This document shows, piece by piece, positions 7,352 through 15,308 of a DNA stretch of 64,000 nt. A program made the translations under genes and the position numbers. Position 1 is the first letter of the stretch, and each line of letters starts with the position of its first letter. The DNA is from Acidobacteriota bacterium (GTDB taxonomy: Bacteria; Acidobacteriota; Vicinamibacteria; Vicinamibacterales; UBA2999): the NCBI GenBank assembly GCA_041178345.1, contig JBEGVQ010000048.1, positions 1,021-65,020 of the forward strand. The letters are read 5' to 3'. The notes under the pieces were generated by a model. It ran no database searches. It saw only the letters and a list, made by a program, of their open reading frames with translations, and was not told the DNA's origin.

Positions 7352-9877
7352 ATGCGCTCCTTGCCGCCTGCTGCCCGGGTTTATATCGGCGCCATCGTTG
7401 CCGTTGGCGCCTCGCTGGTGGTGTGGCTCGGCCCGAAATCGACCTTCGACAGCCCCTTCCTCTTCGCCGTCCTTCTCCTAGCCTCGGCAATCACCTCAGC
7501 CTTCAAGGTCAGCCTCCCACTCGCCAGGAGCGGCTCGACCATGTCGGTGTCTTACGCGGTGGACTTTGCCGCGCTGCTGCTGCTTGGCCCGAACGAGACG
7601 ATGATCGTCGCGGTCATCAGCGCCTGGAGCCAGTGCACCTTCCGGATGAAGGTGAAGAACCCGGTTTACCGCACGCTGTTCAGCATGGCCTGCCTGGCCA
7701 TCACCGTGCAGGCCGCCGGGTTTGCCTACGAGCTCCTGGGCGGCGTGGCGGGCACGCTCGGCCATGACGTGCCCGGCCTCGCCAAGCCGCTCGTCGCCGC
7801 CGCGACGATGTATTTCGTCTTCAACACCTGCCTGATCGCCATCGCCGTCGCACTCGCCACGCGCCAGTCGTTCCTGGCGGTCTGGAACCAGAACTTCCTG
7901 TGGAGCGCGCCCTCGTATTTCGTCGGCGCCGGCGCCGCCGCCCTGGGCACCTGGGCCGTGATGACCTCCGGCGTCGCGGTCGGCCTGCTCGCGTCCGCAC
8001 CCCTCTACCTCACCTACCGCACCTACAAGGTCTACCTCGGACGCATCGACGACGAGCGCCGCCACGTGGAAGAAATGGCCGACCTGCACCTGGCGACGAT
8101 CGAGGCGCTGGCGCTCGCCATCGACGCCAAGGACCAGACCGCGCAGTCGCACATTCGCCGCGTGCAGGTCTACGCCACCGGCATTGCGCGCGGCCTGGGC
8201 ATGTCCGACACCGAGATCCAGGGCGTGAGGACGGCTGCCCTCCTGCACGACATCGGCAAGCTCGCCGTGCCCGAGCACATCCTCTCGAAGCCCGGTCCGC
8301 TGACGCAGGAAGAGTTCCAGAAGATCCGTGTGCACCCGCAGGTCGGCGCCGAGATCATCAGCGCCGTGCCCTTCCCCTACCCGGTGGCGCCGCTCATCCT
8401 GAGCCACCACGAACGGTGGGACGGCAAGGGCTATCCACAAGGCCTCAAGGGCGAGGAGATCCCGCTCGGCGCGCGCATCCTGTCGGTGGTCGACTACTTC
8501 GACGCGTTGACCTCGGACCGCCCCTACCACAAGGCGATGACGCACGAAGCCGCGCTCGCCTTGCTGCAGCAGGAAGCCGGGCGCGCCCTCGACCCGACCG
8601 TGGTCGCCATGTTCTTGAAGATGGAGGTCGAGATGGCGGCCGCCGCCGCCACCATCGACACCGCGACGCCACGGCGGCTGTCGCTCGAACCGACCAACGA
8701 ACGCGGCCGGCCGGCCGTGGGGTTCCAGCCCGAATCGCCCAAGAGCAGCACCGTGTTCGAAGACATCGCGCTGGCGCATCGCGAAATCTACGCGCTCTAC
8801 GAGATCGCGCAGACCATGGGCACGAGCCTCGGGGTCTCGGACACGATGGCGCTGATCTCGTCGAAGTTGTCCAACCTGGTGCCGTTCTCGTCCTGCGCGC
8901 TGTTCCTGTTCGACGAGGAGTCCGACACGCTGTGCTGCCGGTTTGCCACCGGCGTCGAGGCCGAGGCGATCGGCACCATGTCGGTGCGCGCCGGCCAGGG
9001 CCTGACCGGCTGGGTCGCCCGCAACCGCCGGCCGCTGGTCAACGCGCGCCCAAGCGCCGAGTTCGAGGCCGCCGGTCTGACCGCCGTCGCCACCACCCTG
9101 CAGTCGGCGCTGGTGGCGCCGCTGGTGTTCAGCGACCGCTTCATCGGCACCCTCGCGGTGTACTCGACCCAGACCGATTTCTACACCGACGACCACCGCC
9201 GGCTGCTCGACCGGGTCAGCGAGCAGGCCTCCGCCGTCATCAACAACTCGATCGTCTTCGAGCAGACCCAGGAAGACTCGCTGACCGACCCGCTCACCGG
9301 GTTGCCCAACACCCGCTTCATGTTCATGCACCTGTCGCGCGAACTCGCCCGCGCCGAGCGCCTGAAGTCGGAAGTGGCGCTGCTCGTCATGGACCTCGAC
9401 AGCTTCAAGGAAATCAACGACAACCACGGCCACCACATCGGCGACCGGGCGCTGCGCGAGGTCGCTACGGCGTTGCGCTCCGGCATCCGGCCGTACGACA
9501 TTTGCGTGCGCTACGCCGGCGACGAGTTCATCGTGGTGCTGTCGGGCTGCGGCGCCGAGGAAGCGGAACGCAAGCGGCAGGAGCTGCAGCGCACCGTCGA
9601 CGATTTGCTGTTCGAGGCCCGTCCCGGACGCCGCCTGCCGCTCGCGATCAGCGTCGGCGCGGCCATTTATCCGCAGGACGGCGAGAGCTACGAAGCGCTG
9701 CTGGCCACGGCCGACAGCCGCATGTATCGGGACAAGTCGCGGCGCAAGCAGCGCGTGCAGGTCCAGCCCGCCGCCACCGGCATCGACGGCCTGCCGGCGG
9801 TGAACGTGCCGCTGCCATCGGCGGTCGCCGAAATCACCGCGATCGACCTGCAGCGGGCAGGATTCGGGGTGCTCTGA
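7352..9877 (+). CDS. multi-TM sensor with HD-GYP, GAF and GGDEF (AGDEF) domains
   Basis: The start was re-set to MRSLPPAARVY (ATG 7352). About 7-8 TM helices are followed by HD-GYP (LLHDIGK...HHERWDGKGYPQG), a GAF-like block, then GGDEF (DPLTGLPN...RYAGDEF) with an RxxD I-site (RPYD) 5 aa upstream. Confidence 0.85.
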   Translation: MRSLPPAARVYIGAIVAVGASLVVWLGPKSTFDSPFLFAVLLLASAITSAFKVSLPLARSGSTMSVSYAVDFAALLLLGPNETMIVAVISAWSQCTFRMKVKNPVYRTLFSMACLAITVQAAGFAYELLGGVAGTLGHDVPGLAKPLVAAATMYFVFNTCLIAIAVALATRQSFLAVWNQNFLWSAPSYFVGAGAAALGTWAVMTSGVAVGLLASAPLYLTYRTYKVYLGRIDDERRHVEEMADLHLATIEALALAIDAKDQTAQSHIRRVQVYATGIARGLGMSDTEIQGVRTAALLHDIGKLAVPEHILSKPGPLTQEEFQKIRVHPQVGAEIISAVPFPYPVAPLILSHHERWDGKGYPQGLKGEEIPLGARILSVVDYFDALTSDRPYHKAMTHEAALALLQQEAGRALDPTVVAMFLKMEVEMAAAAATIDTATPRRLSLEPTNERGRPAVGFQPESPKSSTVFEDIALAHREIYALYEIAQTMGTSLGVSDTMALISSKLSNLVPFSSCALFLFDEESDTLCCRFATGVEAEAIGTMSVRAGQGLTGWVARNRRPLVNARPSAEFEAAGLTAVATTLQSALVAPLVFSDRFIGTLAVYSTQTDFYTDDHRRLLDRVSEQASAVINNSIVFEQTQEDSLTDPLTGLPNTRFMFMHLSRELARAERLKSEVALLVMDLDSFKEINDNHGHHIGDRALREVATALRSGIRPYDICVRYAGDEFIVVLSGCGAEEAERKRQELQRTVDDLLFEARPGRRLPLAISVGAAIYPQDGESYEALLATADSRMYRDKSRRKQRVQVQPAATGIDGLPAVNVPLPSAVAEITAIDLQRAGFGVL

Positions 9878-9898
9878 TCGGGGATTAGCGATCAGGGA

Positions 9899-10618
9899 TC
9901 AGTATTTCTCGGTCAGGATGCGCTCGCGGCCGACGCCCAGTCGCGCCAACAACTCAGTGCTGTCACTCACCAGTTGCGGCGGGCCGCACACGAGGCAACA
10001 CGCGTCACGCGATGGCATCGCCGCCCTCAGCAAACCTTCGTCGATTCGCCCGAGACGGCCCTCCCACCCCTCGCCCACCCGCGAGACGGTCAGCACGAGA
10101 TTGAGGCGCCCGGCGTGGGCCATGGCGTCGAGTTCGGCGCGATAGGCGAATTGTTCCGGCGACCGGGCACTGTAGACCACGGACACGACCGGCACGTCCG
10201 GGCGCGACAGCCGTTCCACCAGGATCGATCGCAACGGGGCAATGCCCGTTCCGCCGGCGACGAACAACAAGGGCCGATCGGCCAGCGCCGGTGGCAGGCC
10301 AAACGTCCCGAACGGCCCTTCCAGATCGATCAGGGTACCGGGCGCGGCAAGTTCCAGGTGCGGATCAAGTGCGCCCGTCTCATCCACTTGCGCGAGCAGT
10401 TCGAGCACACCGGTCTGGCCGAACTCCCAGGGCGCTGACGCGATCGAATATGGCTTGCGCAGGGGTGAGCCATGAAGACCCACCATGACCGCCTGCCCGG
10501 CAGAAAATGGAAATGCGGTCGGGCCTAGATCAAGGCCGATGATCCGCGTTCGCGGCGTGGCGTTCGCGACCTGTCGGACCGCAACGGTACGCAGGCCCAA
10601 GCCCCTGGCCCGGCTCAC
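9899..10618 (-). CDS. FNR-family FAD/NAD(P)-binding oxidoreductase
   Basis: RKPYSIAS (RxYS FAD motif) and FVAGGTGIAPLRS (NAD(P)-binding). 4-nt overlap with the fabI stop. Confidence 0.75.
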   Translation of the reverse strand: MSRARGLGLRTVAVRQVANATPRTRIIGLDLGPTAFPFSAGQAVMVGLHGSPLRKPYSIASAPWEFGQTGVLELLAQVDETGALDPHLELAAPGTLIDLEGPFGTFGLPPALADRPLLFVAGGTGIAPLRSILVERLSRPDVPVVSVVYSARSPEQFAYRAELDAMAHAGRLNLVLTVSRVGEGWEGRLGRIDEGLLRAAMPSRDACCLVCGPPQLVSDSTELLARLGVGRERILTEKY

Positions 10619-11388
10619 ATGCCGACGATGTGATAGCCGGCGTCAACCATCAGCACTTCACCGGTAATGCCGCGGCCGGCGTTGCCGAGCAGGAACGCCG
10701 CGGCATCTCCAACCTCGGACGTCTCGATGGCCCGGCGCAGCGGCGCCTTTTCGCGGACCACGCCGAGGATCGACGAGAATCCGCCGATGCCCGCGGCCGC
10801 GAGCGTCTTGACCGGTCCCGCCGAAATGGCATTGACGCGAATGTTCTCGGGACCAAGGTCGGCGGCGAGGTAGCGCACGGACGATTCGAGCGCCGCCTTG
10901 GCGACGCCCATGACGTTGTAATTCGGGAACACCCGGTCGCTGCCCAGGAAGGTGAGGGTGAGCACGCTGCCACCGCCACGCTTCGCCATCAGCGGCTGCG
11001 CGCCGCGGGTCAGGGCAATCAGCGAATACGCGCTGATGTCGAGCGCCTGCTTGAAGCCCGCGCGCGAGGTCTTCACGAACCCACCGGTGATCTCCTCACG
11101 CGCCGCGAACGCCGCGCCGTGCACCAGGAAATCCAACCCGCCATGCTCCTGCTCGATCTTCTCGTAGACCGCGGCGATCTGCTCGTCGCTCGAGACATCA
11201 CACGGCAACACCAACGGCTTGGGATCGAGCGTGGCCGCCAGTTCGCCGACGTGCTCTTCGAAGCGGCCCTGGTAGGTGAGGATGAGTTGCGCGCCCGCGT
11301 TCGCGGTGGCCTGCGCAATGGCCCAGGCCAGCGAACGGTGGTTCGCCACGCCGACGATCAGTCCAACCTTGCCGGTGAAGTCTGCCAT
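10615..11388 (-). CDS. fabI: enoyl-[acyl-carrier-protein] reductase (NADH)
   Basis: GKVGLIVGVANHRSLAWAIA.., Y-x6-K (YNVMGVAKAALE), and SAGPVKTLAA. Classical FabI. Confidence 0.9.
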   Translation of the reverse strand: MADFTGKVGLIVGVANHRSLAWAIAQATANAGAQLILTYQGRFEEHVGELAATLDPKPLVLPCDVSSDEQIAAVYEKIEQEHGGLDFLVHGAAFAAREEITGGFVKTSRAGFKQALDISAYSLIALTRGAQPLMAKRGGGSVLTLTFLGSDRVFPNYNVMGVAKAALESSVRYLAADLGPENIRVNAISAGPVKTLAAAGIGGFSSILGVVREKAPLRRAIETSEVGDAAAFLLGNAGRGITGEVLMVDAGYHIVGM

Positions 11389-12119
11389 CAGCGATTCTTT
11401 TTCCCGCCACGGCGACGGCGTCCGCCGCCCTGGCCTTGACCTTGACCTTGCCCCTGACCTTGGCCCTGGTTCTGGCCCTGCTGGCCGGGGCCGCTGCCGT
11501 GTTCGCGGAAGCGCATGGGGCCGAGGTTGTCCTGGCTGCCGCCACCGGCAGCCCGGCGCCGGCCGCGAGACTTGCCGCCGCCGGCATGGCGCTGCGCGCC
11601 ACCGTTGTTGTTGCGGCCTCGATTGTTGAGCGACTGGATAGTGAATTCCGGAAGGGCGCGGGGAGCGGGGACGGCGCCTTCAAGCTTGGGAAAGGTGGCT
11701 CGAATCAGTGACCGCCTGAACCCGCCTTCGCGATCCTGATCGTTGCCCGCCGGCTCTTCGCCGGCCGTGTTCTCGCCTGGCGGCGCGGACGCCGGGTCGT
11801 CGACGCCGGCCGCAGCGGCGAGGGGCACAACGGTCGCTTCGGCGGGGGTGGCCGACGCCGGTGGGGGCGGCGCCTGGGGACGGGGCGCCGGTGCCTGCAG
11901 GCCATCCAGCACTTGCGTAAAGAGCGCCGGGGGCTGGGTCTTCCGGCGCGGCGCCGGGACCTTGGCCTCCTTGTACTCATGCTCGGCCTCGCAACTGCCG
12001 CAGCGCGTGCGTTGGATGGTGACATCAACCATGGCCACGATGGCATGGTCGGTAATGCGGCGCTCGCGCGGACAATAGTCGTCCAGCACGTCGCCGGGCC
12101 GATACCGGCGGTCTTGCAT
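11388..12119 (-). CDS. hypothetical protein: Cys-containing N-terminal module plus Pro-rich linker plus RGG/(GQ)n tail
   Basis: Start re-set to MQDRRYRPGD (ATG 12119). CP..(x24)..CGSC suggests a zinc-ribbon-like module. The C-terminus is ...GGKSRGRRRAAGGGS...GQQGQNQGQGQGQGQGQGQGGGRRRRGGKKNR. The stop overlaps the fabI ATG by 1 nt (TGATG). Confidence 0.55.
   Translation of the reverse strand: MQDRRYRPGDVLDDYCPRERRITDHAIVAMVDVTIQRTRCGSCEAEHEYKEAKVPAPRRKTQPPALFTQVLDGLQAPAPRPQAPPPPASATPAEATVVPLAAAAGVDDPASAPPGENTAGEEPAGNDQDREGGFRRSLIRATFPKLEGAVPAPRALPEFTIQSLNNRGRNNNGGAQRHAGGGKSRGRRRAAGGGSQDNLGPMRFREHGSGPGQQGQNQGQGQGQGQGQGQGGGRRRRGGKKNR
11428..11486. repeat. imperfect hexanucleotide (CCTTGR/CCCTGR) tandem repeat encoding the (GQ)n tract
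   Basis: ccctggccttgaccttgaccttgcccctgaccttggccctggttctggccctgctggcc. The period of 6 is visible directly. Confidence 0.8.
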
Positions 12120-12295
12120 GCAACTCCCCCGAAAACCCGATCGGCTTCCCGCCAAGCCGCGTCGGTGCTGATCGTCTACTACTGCTTCGAACCGTTGGTC
12201 CATGGGCCGCGACACGAGCGCGGCCGGGTCGTGTTGAGTGCGGGAAGCGCCTGTTGGGTCGGAACGACCGCAGGGCGCAGGGCATCCGGAATATA

Positions 12296-13684
12296 TCAGA
12301 GCCCCGAGCCCCGGGCAAGCCACGACCGCAGGTCGGCCAGCGCCGCCGCCACGGCGTCGGGATGGGTCGATTGCGGCGTCTTCCTGGCCCGCACCGAGGC
12401 CGCTGCCGTCACCCGCTCCTTGACATCGTCGCCGAACAAGCCGCTCGACTGGCGCCATTCCGGCAGTGACAGGGCCTCGAAGTCGCGCCCTTCCGACAGC
12501 AGCTGGCGAACCATGGCACCGACCACTTCGTGCGATTGGCGGAAGGGCATGCCGCGCGACACCAGGTAGTCGGCGACGTCAGTCGCCAGCAGCAGGCCCG
12601 ATGCGGCCTGCCCGGTGCGCCCGGGATTGAGGCCGAGCTTGCCGATCACGGCGGCCGTCGCATCGAGTGACACGGCGAGCGTGTCTTCCGAATCGAACAA
12701 CGGTTCCTTGTCTTCCTGCAGATCCTTATTGTAGCCGGTCGGCAGTCCCTTCATGGTGATCAGGAAGCCGGTCAAGTGGCCGATCGCCCGGCCAGCCTTG
12801 CCGCGGACCAGCTCGAGCGGATCGGGATTCTTCTTCTGCGGCATCATGCTGCTGCCGGTCGCCGACGAATCGGCCAGCTCGAAGAAGCCGAATTCCTCGC
12901 CGGTCATCAGGATGAAATCTTCGGCGATGCGCGACAAGTGGACCATCGACAGCGACACGCCGTGCAGGAAGCTGACGGCGAAGTCACGGTCGGACGAGGC
13001 GTCCATGCTGTTGGCCACGACGCGGGCAAACCCCAGGCGCGCGGCGAGTGCCGCGGTGTCAACGGCGTACCCGGTGCCGGCGATCGCCCCCGACCCGAGC
13101 GGCAGCGCATTAGCCTCCTCGCGCGCGATCTCGAGGCGGTGATGGTCGCGGCGCAGGGCCGCGGCATGACTCAACAGGAAGTGCGAGACCAGCACCGGCA
13201 TGGCGCGGCGCATGTGCGTGTACGACGGCATCAGTGCCTCGCCGGCACGCTCGGCCTGATCGGCAAACGCCGTGATCGCCGCCCGCAGCTTCTGCTGCAG
13301 CAGCGGAATGCGGCGGCGCAGGTACAAGCGCAGGTCGAGCGAGACCTGCTCGTTGCGCGAGCGCCCGGTGTGCAGGCGCCGGCCGGCATCGCCCACCCGG
13401 GCGACGAGTTGACGCTCGACAAAGCTGTGCACGTCCTCGTCGTCGCCCGCGACCCACGCGGGGTCGCTGCGGCCTTGTTCGAGGATCGCGGCCAGCGCCT
13501 CGGCAATGGCCTTGGCGTCGGCAGCGTCGAGCACGCCGGCGTTGGCCAGCGCTTCCGCCCACGCGATGCTGCCAGTGACATCGTCTTCAAACAACCGGCG
13601 GTCGAACGGAAACGAGACGCCGAAATCAAACGCCGCGGGATCGGGAGCCGAATCGAAGCGGCCGGACCAGAGATGCTGGGACAT
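12296..13684 (-). CDS. argH: argininosuccinate lyase
   Basis: MSQHLWSGRF..., GSSMMPQKKNPD (fumarate-lyase signature) and TGYNKDLQEDKE. Start re-set to ATG 13684. Confidence 0.9.
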   Translation of the reverse strand: MSQHLWSGRFDSAPDPAAFDFGVSFPFDRRLFEDDVTGSIAWAEALANAGVLDAADAKAIAEALAAILEQGRSDPAWVAGDDEDVHSFVERQLVARVGDAGRRLHTGRSRNEQVSLDLRLYLRRRIPLLQQKLRAAITAFADQAERAGEALMPSYTHMRRAMPVLVSHFLLSHAAALRRDHHRLEIAREEANALPLGSGAIAGTGYAVDTAALAARLGFARVVANSMDASSDRDFAVSFLHGVSLSMVHLSRIAEDFILMTGEEFGFFELADSSATGSSMMPQKKNPDPLELVRGKAGRAIGHLTGFLITMKGLPTGYNKDLQEDKEPLFDSEDTLAVSLDATAAVIGKLGLNPGRTGQAASGLLLATDVADYLVSRGMPFRQSHEVVGAMVRQLLSEGRDFEALSLPEWRQSSGLFGDDVKERVTAAASVRARKTPQSTHPDAVAAALADLRSWLARGSGL

Positions 13685-13716
13685 GGAAGTTGAAAGTTGA
13701 AGGTTGAGAGTTTCAG
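13685..13716. repeat. heptamer array filling the argG-argH spacer
   Basis: Plus strand reads G GAAGTTG AAAGTTG AAGGTTG AGAGTTT CAG, which in mRNA sense is CAACTTC-type units running up to the argH ATG. No GGAGG-type SD is visible. Confidence 0.75.
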
Positions 13717-14766
13717 TTACGAGTTCAAGATTCGGCCCACGATGTGAGTGTCGCCCTTGAACAGTTTTACACGTACGGTGCCGCTGACGCCTTCCTGCGT
13801 TGCCGACGCGTACGCATCGAGGCCCTGGCGCAGGGGCCCGAACCACTCGCCACTGCCGAGCACGCCGGCGTAGGCGGCCGACACCGCCGGCTGGAACCGG
13901 TTCAGGCTATCGGAGGACGCGAGCCGCTCGAGCTCTCGGCGGGCATGGTGAAGGACGGCGGCAGCCGGCGCCTCGTGCAAGACGCGGGCGCGCGAGCCAT
14001 GCCCGCGGGACTTGACCCGGTCGAACCGGCCCACGCCGTGCTCACCGGCAATCGTGGACAGGCTTTCGACCAGCTCCGCCGGGGTCATCGTCACGCCGTT
14101 GATGCCGGTGGGCGTGCCGCGCTCGAAGGTCAGCGCCACCGTCGCAGGCTCACCCGGCGTTTGCGCCAGCGGCCGAGTGAGCGCAAAGGCCGACTCGGGC
14201 GGTTCAGCCGATCCGTCATCGGCCGGCCGGCCAACGGTGCGTCCCCACAGGTTGGCATCGACCCGCTCGGCGCCGTCAATCGGCGTCGACATGCCAAGCC
14301 GGCCGGCGTACTCGTTCACCTGGGCCACCGTCATGTCATCGGCACAGGCAATCGCCGCCAGCGACGGTTCGAGGGTGCCGAGCGGCCGATCGAGCCGGAG
14401 GCGATCGCGGCCCGAGGCACCATGCGCCACGACGGTGGCGCCCTCGATGCGGGCAATCTCCATGAGCTTCCGCGCAATCAGCGGCCGCGACAACGCGGTG
14501 GCCATCGGATGGCGGCCCTCGCCCATCGCATCGGCGCGCAGGGCGGGCCACGCGAAGTCGCGGACAAACTCCTCGCGCGCGTCAATCACGTGCGCGCGCA
14601 CGGCGCCCGCGGCCAGGGCCCGGTCCCGAATCTCGGCGAGGTCGGTGGGCTGCCCCAGGTCGAGCGTCACGGCGACCACCCCGGCGGCGTGTTGGTCGCC
14701 GAGCCACGCGATCGCGACCGTCGACCGCAGCCCGCCGGAGTAGGCCAACACGATGGGTTTGGTCAC
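13717..14766 (-). CDS. argG: argininosuccinate synthase-like protein (short, divergent)
   Basis: VLAYSGGLRSTV (N-type ATP-PPase SGG loop), ATALSRPLIARKL and DANLWGRTV resemble ArgG. The product is only 349 aa, and the canonical GKGNDQVRFE block reads GASGRDRLRLD. The gene sits between argR and argH. Confidence 0.7.
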   Translation of the reverse strand: MTKPIVLAYSGGLRSTVAIAWLGDQHAAGVVAVTLDLGQPTDLAEIRDRALAAGAVRAHVIDAREEFVRDFAWPALRADAMGEGRHPMATALSRPLIARKLMEIARIEGATVVAHGASGRDRLRLDRPLGTLEPSLAAIACADDMTVAQVNEYAGRLGMSTPIDGAERVDANLWGRTVGRPADDGSAEPPESAFALTRPLAQTPGEPATVALTFERGTPTGINGVTMTPAELVESLSTIAGEHGVGRFDRVKSRGHGSRARVLHEAPAAAVLHHARRELERLASSDSLNRFQPAVSAAYAGVLGSGEWFGPLRQGLDAYASATQEGVSGTVRVKLFKGDTHIVGRILNS

Positions 14767-15212
14767 CTGGCCAGTTCCCTCAGCTTCTTCACGACGGCCA
14801 GCGCGCTCTTCGCATCGCGGGCGATGACCAGGATGGTGTCGTCACCGGCGATCGTGCCTACCACCTCGGGCAGGCGCGCCCGATCGATGGCCACGCCCAG
14901 GATCTGCGCCTGCCCCGCCCCGGTGCGCAAGACGATCAGCTGCTGGACCGGCTCGATGTTGATCAAGTACTCGGTGAGCGCCTTGCCGAGCGAGCCCAGG
15001 GCCGTAGTCGGCGGCGTCTCCGCGACGGCCGACGGCTGATACGCCCCATCAGACGAGCGCTTCAGCAGTCCCAGTTCCTTGATGTCGCGCGACAAGGTGG
15101 CCTGTGTCACCACGAACCCTCGCGCGGCGAGGCGCTGGCGCAGCTGTTCCTGGCTGCGCACGGCTTCGTGCTCGACGACGTCCTGAATGGCAGAGAGGCG
15201 CTGGGCTTTCAT
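14763..15212 (-). CDS. argR: arginine repressor
   Basis: SQEQLRQRLAARGFVVTQATLSRDIKELGL (ArgR winged helix) and a C-terminal GTIAGDDTILV oligomerisation/arginine-binding motif. 4-nt overlap with argG. Confidence 0.9.
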   Translation of the reverse strand: MKAQRLSAIQDVVEHEAVRSQEQLRQRLAARGFVVTQATLSRDIKELGLLKRSSDGAYQPSAVAETPPTTALGSLGKALTEYLINIEPVQQLIVLRTGAGQAQILGVAIDRARLPEVVGTIAGDDTILVIARDAKSALAVVKKLRELAR

Positions 15213-15234
15213 TTGTTATGCGTCTGAGCTAGTA

Positions 15235-15254
15235 ATTATACATAGATATGCATA
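15235..15254 (-). promoter_or_regulatory. argR -10 box (TATAAT, minus strand 15240-15235) overlapped by an ARG-box-like imperfect palindrome
   Basis: The 18-mer TATACATAGATATGCATA (15237-15254) has half-sites matching 7/9 as an inverted repeat. It resembles the TnTGAATwwwwATTCAnw ARG box and lies ~25 nt upstream of the argR ATG. Confidence 0.45.
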
Positions 15255-15271
15255 CAAGTCGCGGTGTTTTA

Positions 15272-15308
15272 TTGACTAGTGCCTACGGACTGTGTATAAA
15301 TATCCTAC
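15272..15308 (+). promoter_or_regulatory. argC promoter (-35 TTGACT, 17-nt spacer, -10 TATAAA) overlapped by an ARG-box-like 18-mer
   Basis: TTGACT 15272-15277 and TATAAA 15295-15300. The 18-mer TGTGTATAAATATCCTAC (15291-15308) matches about 14/18 positions of the E. coli-type ARG-box consensus and abuts the argC start at 15309. Confidence 0.5.
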
